64,000 nt of DNA, from the sequence record NZ_CP145916.1; one strand, written 5' to 3'. Positions 57,501 to 64,000 of the stretch are shown here, piece after piece. The stretch comes from a plasmid. The translations under genes and the position numbers were made by a program. The notes under the pieces are model-generated. The model was not told the origin of the DNA and did not search any database. It saw only the letters and a list, made by a program, of their open reading frames with translations. Position 1 is the first letter of the stretch. Each line of letters opens with the position of its first letter.

Positions 57501-57847
57501 TGGATACTGGTGGGACTCTATCATCTAATGGGCAAGTGATCGGTGGTAATCGCGAATGGGGTGAGAGGGCATTATCTATGATTGACAACACTTTTGAAGA
57601 TCAAGGTAGAAATGACACAAATACCCTTTCAACAGTAACGCTTGGGCTCCATGCGGCAAGTGGTCGTACTTTACCTTCTAATACTAATAGCCACACTCAA
57701 GGAGACTCTCTGACTGGTGCGAGGTCTAACTCTCAGAGTAGTGAACAAGAATCTGGCACTGGAGGCTCGCCGGGTGTTAACTCTGAAATTCGTATAGAAA
57801 TAACCGAAGGAGTAAACGGCCCAAACCCTAATAAACGTAAAATCTAA
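54551..57847 (+). CDS. traG: TraG-family mating-pair stabilisation/pilus assembly protein
   Basis: N-terminal polytopic region with VDNVPFGLAAPASLISLIGYS matching F TraG VDNVPVGLAMPLSLTTRIGHA; long S/T/N/Q-rich periplasmic C-terminus. Confidence 0.75.
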   Translation: MSEWNIYTVGSVDFLYNVLNAIAMMMNSGLFSDIFRIAALLGVIGIVIASAISGGKTLSLGQMAVCVVMYMCFFQVSTRVNLEDVTTGEFKAVDNVPFGLAAPASLISLIGYSITENMEQAFSTPAMTQYGALDPLFTMASLYDTMTTPMRWRMGSTTDKNLTKSIENYVRDCVISDIARGANTYSNIWRNSSGINSLTSSDFATYAVIEDGKNSNGPFNNPRRASQYRCGDALTKVKDQLSEQATEVDTNMANTLKAIGRCTNCSASEKSLAMMSFYNQNSTSVRDFQLQMMMMPLILNVPVDAQFAAFKGNAAIARAQTQTQQSFQWSSSGSSFLYWMSSFMPIFQGIIYALAPFMAFLIGLGVMGLRMILKYFLIIIWTQTWLPLAAVVNLYILTKLQSSTAAIMIVGLNNATGSTTDISFNQMYDILVATQKHIALAGNLFALIPALGGFIVWGSSVAFNSLANSAAAPAPADTKTLAPDVTNAPALNSRHAEFSSSPMSGTTMTGASGVVGSISMQSIASENLSSANARREMASAQESAARNTMISKLASNQESGSHSSAQNAAISSAIRQNFGSSADQIFNYMEAHGKTATDAISDLNTVSMGASAGLGTGSGPGVSAGVSGGATSASTDQHGNTIQGSKNASNSDAARLASSLGASFEKNLQGALNDVSTKTSQFGMSASDGSTYSNAYTNNQSAEKAYTEAQIFSQSTSSNQSMTFDVLGNKAATTPGLPEKMQQLINSEPGAAQRRDQYANQMQTNGLEGANALAAASVLALKDAGRLNEIAPELGFTSSGSPEITSTAATQNSSVGADAAQVSRNIKNIGGQTKAGASSTESQARGFVDEQKSYTAPKATSARVGERFDNYISSDGPVQHDHNSNKANIEAQQHNSAYNIVADTPTSRSIAREGLSLTNNLVSRLNDNPVIQETRRQAQEVNNAQGNGSQASNAIAEYYALGKAGVVGETLQQARDLALAHVALDTGGTLSSNGQVIGGNREWGERALSMIDNTFEDQGRNDTNTLSTVTLGLHAASGRTLPSNTNSHTQGDSLTGARSNSQSSEQESGTGGSPGVNSEIRIEITEGVNGPNPNKRKI

Positions 57848-57876
57848 AAAAAGCCCCTTAATTGGGGCTTTTTTAT
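57846..57876 (+). terminator. intrinsic terminator
   Basis: AAAAAAAGCCCCTTAATTGGGGCTTTTTTAT. Confidence 0.75.
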
Positions 57877-58155
57877 AACTGGCTGATCATGAAAACCATT
57901 GGGAGTGAAGCTATCAGCAAAAATGATGTCACTATCTTTTCTTTGAAAACAGATGGTGTCAATGGAGGAACATTTTCTGTGACTTTTCTCCGACCCTGTG
58001 CCCGTCGTGGAACATAGGTATGACCGTTAATAGGTATTATGCCAAAAACGCCGAAAGCATCCATATTGTCCTGCCTCTCTGTAAAACAGTTTTGTTCATA
58101 TCGCGAGAAAAAAGCCTAGTTTTTTTAGCAGCTTAAACTATTTGCTAAAACCCCC

Positions 58156-58170
58156 GGTTTTGTCCCCTTT
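58156..58170 (+). promoter_or_regulatory. regulon box GGTTTTGTCCCCTTT ~150 nt upstream of traN
   Basis: identical 14-mer at 51587. Confidence 0.45.
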
Positions 58171-58316
58171 GTTTGTTGCCTCGCCAATCTATCACATTTA
58201 TCGTGAACGCTGACAAGTTCTAATACATATAGTCGCACGACCTATAGCAACCTCGAATAGCTAAGTTGGATTTTTTTCAATTGGCCGTTAGTTTTAGCAC
58301 AAAAGGTGAACTAACA

Positions 58317-61019
58317 ATGAATACACTTTTTCGCAAACGATGGTTCTCCGTTCCCATCTGTGCGTTATCAATCATCTCACATGTCGGATTACTTAGCTTC
58401 ACCCCGTATGCTCTGGCCGCAGAGAGCACGGCAGGAGCTGTGAGCTCAAACAAGAAGGCTCAGGACGCAGTAAACTTCTATAACACCCTACCCGGAATTT
58501 CGGCCAGCGGGCAAGGAACCGTCACTTATGGCAATGGGCAGTCGGTAGATCTCAATTCCATTTACCCTGACCAGCAAGGTTCATCAACATCCCTTGATGA
58601 TCTGAAAAAAGTATATGGCGAAGACTCAGACACAAATAAGCTGGGTACATCAACCGGCACTACGCTATCGACAGAAAACTCATTGCGTGGCGAAGCCTAC
58701 CGCACCGTGCAATCATCATCCAGAACAACTACCCAACTCAAAGATACGGACTCTATCTTTAATAAGCACAAAGACTTCCTCGAAAATCAGAAGGAGTACA
58801 TGACGCTATTGGGAGATTGTTCAACTCAAACGATACTGGATAAAAAAGATACTGTTAACCACATTCCTGACTACAGAGAATGTACCCGCACCTTAGATGT
58901 GTCAGGCCAGTATCACCTTTATCATCCTTATGTGGCGGGTATACTTTCACACAACAGCGGCCCAGCGAACATTCAAACCTGTGGCGAAGGTTGTATCACG
59001 CTATGGGTTGGTACTGTTGGCGATGACTACTGGCGCGGAAACTGCACCATCTTTGAAGAAGAGATGTCTGTTAAAGTGAAAAATGCCCAAGCTATCACGA
59101 GCGTAAAACTCACCCGCGCAAAATGGGATGACTACATGCAGGTCTATGTCGGTGGTACGTCTAAAAGCGATATAGTGTGGGCTGGCCCGGATGGCATTAA
59201 CGTGTTCCCTCCTGAAACGCCCGGAAGATGTGAAAGAAACACCAGCTGGGACAGAAATCCTAACGTCGATATAACTGAAAAGTTCAAGCAATCAAATGAT
59301 GATGGTGTGGTTCACTTCAAAACCAGAACGTCTGTAACAGGAGCAGGCGAAGGCTACGCAAAAATAGAGATTCGTTTTGACGTAAATAAAATCGTCACAA
59401 ATGATATTTGGGAACACCCGGATCAGGGTTATGACAAGTTCGTGAAAGCCGTCGAACAGGGTTACTGCCAATCGTATTCTGCTACCTGTAATGACAGTAT
59501 CGTACCTGACTCAAATGGCTGCGCAACCATTGACGGTGTGCTGGTGTGCGCCGATGACTTTGATGCCGTTCCTCCATTCGGTCTTTCTCCGTTTTGTCGA
59601 AATGCCCTTGTTACTGCAAACTGTGGTGCAGATGCCGGAACCAATAACACATGTAAAGAATTTGAGAAAGCCAGCTGTGATTTCATCCGTAGTTCATGCC
59701 TCGATGGCGCGAGTGGAGACACAAGCGGATGCTGGCAGGCTAGTGAGGTATGGGATTGCGGTATGGACGTTGTTGTCCCTTCCACTGGAAGCCATGAAGA
59801 ATATCAATGTCCCGGTGGTGTTCAGTGCATAAACGGAACCTGTCTCGCTCCTACATCTGAGCCTAGCGGTGACTTTGCTACAGCAGCTGCAATGCTGCAA
59901 GCGGCCACCTATGCCCAGAACGACCTTTCTTGTGATACCAGCACTGAAACAAACAACGATGCCGCAGCCTGTGAAGTCTTCAAGGGCGAAGCAATGGAAT
60001 GTAAATCGGCAATGGGCGGTTGGGTTGATTGCTGTAATCAGCCTGTTGATGTGAGCTGGCTTCAATACCTGCAATTAACCTATTACACGCTGAAAGTTAC
60101 TGATGCAGTGTCTGTACAGGCCGGGGTTTTTGAGCAAGGGAAAGGTATTTTCGATATGGGGTCAGAGCTTGCAAGTAATGCTTTTGATGCCATCGCTAAG
60201 CCTGCTATCTCTGCATTTGACTCCCTTACGGGTAATGCTGGTTCAGCTGTAGCTGAAAAAGTGTCAGATATGGGAATATCATCTGCTATCAATGAAGGCA
60301 TCGGCGCATTGACTAAACAAGTTGCACAGTGGACTCTTGATACCTTCGGATCAGGTGTCACCAACATGTTGTTTGAAGCTGGTGCTAGTGGTGCTGGGTC
60401 TGCCGCTGGTGGTGCGGCTGTGGATTCAACAGGACAAATGGCAGCAAATGTTCAGTTATCTTCCACCGTTATGTCTGCTGTTTCCGTTGTTGGTTATGCC
60501 TACATGGCCTACCAAATGGCAAACATACTGGTCAACATCATATGGGCCTGTACCGAAAATGAGTTCAAACTTGCTGTGAAGAAAGAGACAAAACTCGCCA
60601 TTCATATAGACAGCTGGTGTCAGACTAAAGTGCTTGGACAGTGTATAGAGAAACGTTCAAGCTATTGTGCTTTCAATTCCCAGATAGGGCGAATTATCCA
60701 AGAGCAAGGCCGTAGACAACTTGGTCTTAACTGGGGTAATAACTCTAAAAACCCTGACTGTAGGGGGCTGACTCTCGACGAGTTTGGTAAAATCGACTTC
60801 AATAAAATCGACCTGTCAGAGTGGATCGGTTCACTTTATGAAGCTGACCTGTTACCTACACCAGACGATATCAGTCTTGATAGTATCACTGGTAAGGGTA
60901 GCGTTTTGAACATTGATGGTACACGCAAAAACTCGTTAGAGCGTTTTGAAAGTGGTATTGATGGTGTGGATGTGCAAGGCACAAAGGAAACGCTTAAAGA
61001 AAAAATGAGAGTAAAATAA
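58317..61019 (+). CDS. traN: TraN-family outer-membrane mating-pair stabilisation protein
   Basis: 901 aa, signal peptide, >40 Cys in conserved C-terminal arrays; AAAGGTG SD. Confidence 0.8.
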   Translation: MNTLFRKRWFSVPICALSIISHVGLLSFTPYALAAESTAGAVSSNKKAQDAVNFYNTLPGISASGQGTVTYGNGQSVDLNSIYPDQQGSSTSLDDLKKVYGEDSDTNKLGTSTGTTLSTENSLRGEAYRTVQSSSRTTTQLKDTDSIFNKHKDFLENQKEYMTLLGDCSTQTILDKKDTVNHIPDYRECTRTLDVSGQYHLYHPYVAGILSHNSGPANIQTCGEGCITLWVGTVGDDYWRGNCTIFEEEMSVKVKNAQAITSVKLTRAKWDDYMQVYVGGTSKSDIVWAGPDGINVFPPETPGRCERNTSWDRNPNVDITEKFKQSNDDGVVHFKTRTSVTGAGEGYAKIEIRFDVNKIVTNDIWEHPDQGYDKFVKAVEQGYCQSYSATCNDSIVPDSNGCATIDGVLVCADDFDAVPPFGLSPFCRNALVTANCGADAGTNNTCKEFEKASCDFIRSSCLDGASGDTSGCWQASEVWDCGMDVVVPSTGSHEEYQCPGGVQCINGTCLAPTSEPSGDFATAAAMLQAATYAQNDLSCDTSTETNNDAAACEVFKGEAMECKSAMGGWVDCCNQPVDVSWLQYLQLTYYTLKVTDAVSVQAGVFEQGKGIFDMGSELASNAFDAIAKPAISAFDSLTGNAGSAVAEKVSDMGISSAINEGIGALTKQVAQWTLDTFGSGVTNMLFEAGASGAGSAAGGAAVDSTGQMAANVQLSSTVMSAVSVVGYAYMAYQMANILVNIIWACTENEFKLAVKKETKLAIHIDSWCQTKVLGQCIEKRSSYCAFNSQIGRIIQEQGRRQLGLNWGNNSKNPDCRGLTLDEFGKIDFNKIDLSEWIGSLYEADLLPTPDDISLDSITGKGSVLNIDGTRKNSLERFESGIDGVDVQGTKETLKEKMRVK

Positions 61020-61033
61020 ACTCTCACCCAACA

Positions 61034-61062
61034 AAAAACCCGCGTTCTGCGGGTTTTTTTTA
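61034..61062. terminator. bidirectional terminator
   Basis: AAAAAACCCGCGTTCTGCGGGTTTTTTTT. Confidence 0.75.
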
Positions 61063-61073
61063 TTCTAAGGAAA

Positions 61074-61853
61074 TCATTTTTTTTCGAAATAGAATGATTC
61101 GCCATTTCTATACACAGCAGGCTGACGTTGCGGGCTACCCGGAACGAAAATGGCCCATTGCTCACCCAATGCCTCACTGAAAGCAACAACATTCTGCTCA
61201 TTATCCTTGCGCTGAGATAATGTATTAAAGCATTCACTTACCACAAATGGCTGGATGATTGCCGGTGCGTTATATGGTGGCTTAGGTAAAGTTGCCAAAT
61301 CAATTGGGCTTAGTGTCCCATTCGCATTAACATTTCCAACTATCGGTACGGTGTAACTGATCCCACTTTTACAGAAATAGTTCTCTGAAAAACCATTAAA
61401 GAGAGGTAGTTTCTGGTTGATAACAAGACGAAACTTATTAGCATTATCCTCTGTATTTCCACCGCCCCAAGTGGCTACCCTTGCTGTCCCATCAGAGTAC
61501 GGGATGGGCGCTCTCTGCGTCAAAACGCTAAGTGCAGGTATGAAGGCGGTGTGAGTGATAAGGCCCGCCAGCACATCAGCAGATGCGTTACCCGATTGTT
61601 TCATCTCTCCTTTTTGACCAACTACAACCGGCTCCTTCAATGGCCTGATTGATTTGCCGGTGTTCTCATTGAAAATGACGTACTGACCTTTTTCATAGTC
61701 AGTGATCAAACGTAGGTTCATCGCACGAGCATACTGCAATGCGATAGAAGGATTGCTATCGATTGGCATAGGGGTGATCTCGTTTTTGTTACCCCCGGCA
61801 CAACCACTCAAGATTACAGCCATTGCTAGAACCGTCAGTTTTTTCATCGTCAT
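61074..61853 (-). CDS. lipoprotein of unknown function (entry-exclusion-type position after traN)
   Basis: lipobox ILSGCAG; convergent with traN. Confidence 0.5.
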   Translation of the reverse strand: MTMKKLTVLAMAVILSGCAGGNKNEITPMPIDSNPSIALQYARAMNLRLITDYEKGQYVIFNENTGKSIRPLKEPVVVGQKGEMKQSGNASADVLAGLITHTAFIPALSVLTQRAPIPYSDGTARVATWGGGNTEDNANKFRLVINQKLPLFNGFSENYFCKSGISYTVPIVGNVNANGTLSPIDLATLPKPPYNAPAIIQPFVVSECFNTLSQRKDNEQNVVAFSEALGEQWAIFVPGSPQRQPAVYRNGESFYFEKK

Positions 61854-61883
61854 CGTTACCTTTTTGTTTTCTATACGTCCTAC

Positions 61884-62387
61884 TTAGTTATCGCAGAACG
61901 GGCATTTATGTTTAGGTTTTTCATCATATGGTGAAATGTAGTGATTGTTACAGTGAGTACACGTCACCATCTTTATTTCCTCTGTCCTATAGTCGCGAGC
62001 CAGTATCCATGCCGCGTTCGCATCTATGATCATATCAGAGGAATTTCTAGGTCGAAATTTTTGGTGGAGGTTTTGAAAGATTTCAAAGGCAGTAATTATG
62101 TCTCTGATATCAGAAACCTTTTCCGGGTCTTTCGCTATCCGCAGGTAAATGGTCATGAAGTTTGTTGATTCAATCGTATCCTGCTTCATGCTCAAGAACG
62201 ACGTGGCAACTTTGAGCCTACCACGGCCATTGTCTTCTTGATTGCAGTTCCGTTTCAGAGTGTCAACGAGTCTCTCCGCCGCGTTTAGTGACGTAGTAAT
62301 GATCGCTTTTCTGAACCCTAAAGCCACCATACGTTTCAGTAAATAATCAACTTCATCTTTAGGTATTGGATTCATGACACTCTCCAA
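61884..62387 (-). CDS. FlhC-family transcriptional activator subunit (AcaC/SetC-like)
   Basis: C-terminal CTHC-x15-CPFC zinc site spaced as in FlhC; N-terminal L..M.ALG.R pattern similar to FlhC; overlaps upstream gene. Confidence 0.5.
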   Translation of the reverse strand: MESVMNPIPKDEVDYLLKRMVALGFRKAIITTSLNAAERLVDTLKRNCNQEDNGRGRLKVATSFLSMKQDTIESTNFMTIYLRIAKDPEKVSDIRDIITAFEIFQNLHQKFRPRNSSDMIIDANAAWILARDYRTEEIKMVTCTHCNNHYISPYDEKPKHKCPFCDN

Positions 62388-62902
62388 TGCTTATAGCGAA
62401 GCTGTAAATACTGGCTCATCGCAAGGTGTGCATTATTACGACAGATCTTCCAGTCGCCGTTTAAAATATCTGCCAGCTCAAAAACTGGGCGAATGGATAT
62501 CTCTCTTTTAAGCAAACAATCTATAACTATGTCATGATCTATATTGGCTAAAAATGAAGACGACTCTTCGGAACCAGTCCACATGAACCGCTCAGAATCC
62601 CCTTTCTCATGTATTTTAATTCTTACACTATAGATAAGAAGTGCGAGTTTTAAAATATAAGGATCCATACGAACAAAGTTAGAAACTTGATTTGAAGACT
62701 TGTAAGGATCGTGCTCAATAATAAACATCGGCAACGTTAAGGTTTCAATTGCATCAAAAAGAAGCGCTCTCTGTTCGCTATTTCTCAGGATAGCCTTGTC
62801 TTCATCAGAGAAATTGAACGGGCTAACATAGAAACGACTGTCACGCGTCTCAATGCTTCCGGCACACGATAAAAATGACAGGTTTTCTTTAATCATTTTC
62901 AA
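62372..62902 (-). CDS. putative FlhD-like partner subunit (AcaD/SetD-like), translationally coupled to the FlhC-like gene
   Basis: 16-nt overlap with FlhC-like gene; synteny only, sequence similarity to FlhD not convincing by eye. Confidence 0.3.
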   Translation of the reverse strand: MKMIKENLSFLSCAGSIETRDSRFYVSPFNFSDEDKAILRNSEQRALLFDAIETLTLPMFIIEHDPYKSSNQVSNFVRMDPYILKLALLIYSVRIKIHEKGDSERFMWTGSEESSSFLANIDHDIVIDCLLKREISIRPVFELADILNGDWKICRNNAHLAMSQYLQLRYKHWRVS

Positions 62903-63449
62903 TTAACCTCTTCCAGATTCGCAGAACATTTCGGGCATAGTTAAGTGCTTTATCCCGTAGCTTTGGATTAGGTGTGTGATAACTCCCGATAGCCAGTTCA
63001 ATATCATCAGGGTTATTTTTGATGGCTTGGCAAAGGATTTTTGCTTGTACTTTAATATTGGTTTCAACATCCAGAAGATCTTCTGGTTTTGAAACATAGT
63101 GACCGTTCCATCTGTAATTAACTTGCGTGATGCCAATATCAGTTACAGTGGTAGCCTGCATGTATTTAGCGAGGTTCTTTTTAGCATCTTCATAGCTTGT
63201 TGGGTAGTATGCACCGTAAACGGAATTGTTAAGCGCCCACGGGCTCGGGGCAACCCAACCGCCCCCGCCAGCCCTTTGCTTACTTTCCCATAACGCAATA
63301 GCATACATCAGGTAAGGGTCAAGGCCGCATTCGCCCCGCCCAAATTTTTCCCATGCAGTATTTCGCAGATCGACAATAGCCGCCTCAGCTGGACGTTCTA
63401 TTGCCGTAACCCCTGTTACCACACACAGGGCTATCAGCAACTTTTTCAT
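62889..63449 (-). CDS. soluble lytic transglycosylase-domain protein
   Basis: signal peptide; SLT-like ALWESKQ...GITQVNYRW motif. Confidence 0.6.
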   Translation of the reverse strand: MKKLLIALCVVTGVTAIERPAEAAIVDLRNTAWEKFGRGECGLDPYLMYAIALWESKQRAGGGGWVAPSPWALNNSVYGAYYPTSYEDAKKNLAKYMQATTVTDIGITQVNYRWNGHYVSKPEDLLDVETNIKVQAKILCQAIKNNPDDIELAIGSYHTPNPKLRDKALNYARNVLRIWKRLIEND

Positions 63450-63467
63450 AATTCCCCACCAATGGAG

Positions 63468-63998
63468 TTAATCTATTACGCGGCGTTTCCTTACAGGCAT
63501 TTGTTGCGCCACAACGTTTAAACCTCTGTCCCCGTCAGCATTGTTTTGCTGACCAGAGGTTGATAACTCGGAATCACTTTTTTCAGGCATCCCCATGCCA
63601 TCAGAAGTGACCGTTTTTGCTGCTAAGTTAACAGTCTGTTCGTTTCCGCTATCACGCCCCATCTCAGAAACAACTGAGCCTTCTACCGTCTGAACGGAAG
63701 GAGGTGTTGCTGACTGAGCTGCATGTGTAACGACCTCGGAAACTGTTTTTGGAGCCGTTTCATTTGTGCTGTTTTCGATACCGCTCTTTGGATGAACCTC
63801 AGATGTATCGGCGTTATTTTTGTTGCTGGCCGGAACATTGGCCTCTGTGCTCTTTTTCTTTTTATCAGAAGAATTGCGCCCCTTAGAGGGCGCAGTTTGT
63901 TCTGAATTAGCAAGTGCAACATTGCTGAGCAGGCACGCTTTGAACGCAAGGTTCGCAAGGACACGAGCCCTTTTACTTACTGGCGTAGCTTCCAGCAA
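63468..63998 (-). CDS. low-complexity Ser/Thr/Lys/Asn-rich protein (may extend beyond window)
   Basis: ORF reaches the window edge. Confidence 0.3.
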   Translation of the reverse strand: MLEATPVSKRARVLANLAFKACLLSNVALANSEQTAPSKGRNSSDKKKKSTEANVPASNKNNADTSEVHPKSGIENSTNETAPKTVSEVVTHAAQSATPPSVQTVEGSVVSEMGRDSGNEQTVNLAAKTVTSDGMGMPEKSDSELSTSGQQNNADGDRGLNVVAQQMPVRKRRVID

Positions 63999-64000
63999 TT

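Noticed and set aside
57873-58064. 63-aa minus-strand ORF in the traG-traN intergenic region
   Set aside because: No RBS, overlaps the predicted promoter/regulon-box region of traN, hydrophobic composition typical of AT-rich non-coding sequence.

Overview
This window reads as a contiguous piece of a large MOB-H type conjugative plasmid or ICE from an enterobacterium. The left third (1-19.3 kb) is accessory cargo; the rest is an F-like/H-like type IV secretion backbone on the + strand.

Left third, 1-19.3 kb:
- a DUF3846-like gene;
- an intact IS5-family element (ISKpn26-like) with CTAA target-site duplication, inserted 21 nt upstream of a small membrane-protein gene;
- a klaA-klaB(telA)-klaC-like operon;
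- an operon of a membrane protein, an S26 signal peptidase and an unknown protein;
- a membrane-anchored Mrr-like nuclease with a topoisomerase zinc ribbon, next to a ParB-like nuclease-domain protein;
- a stand-alone UvrD-like helicase;
- a conjugative pilin gene (TraA/TrhA-like) that is uncoupled from the rest of the pilus genes;
- a PLD-family Nuc nuclease;
- a DsbA-like oxidoreductase.

Transfer backbone (+ strand, 19.4-37.1 kb): MOB-H relaxase (HD domain), coupling protein, a TraJ-like protein, a thioredoxin-like protein, TraL/E/K/B/V, DsbC, TraC, a small protein, TrhF peptidase, TraW and TraU. After an accessory island come a putative regulator, TraF/H/G and TraN. At the right edge are FlhD/FlhC-like (AcaCD/SetCD-type) master-activator genes and a lytic transglycosylase.

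Accessory island, 38.1-51.2 kb: 15 co-directional genes, including ssb, a recT-type recombinase, a YqaJ exonuclease, and a CobS-like AAA ATPase with a CobT-like vWA partner. It contains three notable non-coding features:
(i) a conserved ~27-nt promoter/RBS cassette (CTATTAAATATATAAAcTTATCGAGGT) directly upstream of almost every gene;
(ii) two copies of a ~300-bp hairpin-rich element that is clearly non-coding, each with its own sigma70-like promoter and intrinsic terminator;
(iii) a repeat-rich 500-bp non-coding stretch at its left border (oriT/leading-region candidate).

A second motif family, CAAAAYGTCCYGTTTTT, sits 55-150 nt upstream of many operons. These include the kla operon, the helicase gene, the traL operon, the dsbC-traC operon, the traF-H-G operon and traN. 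It looks like the regulon box of one plasmid-encoded regulator.

No rRNA, tRNA or CRISPR arrays were seen.
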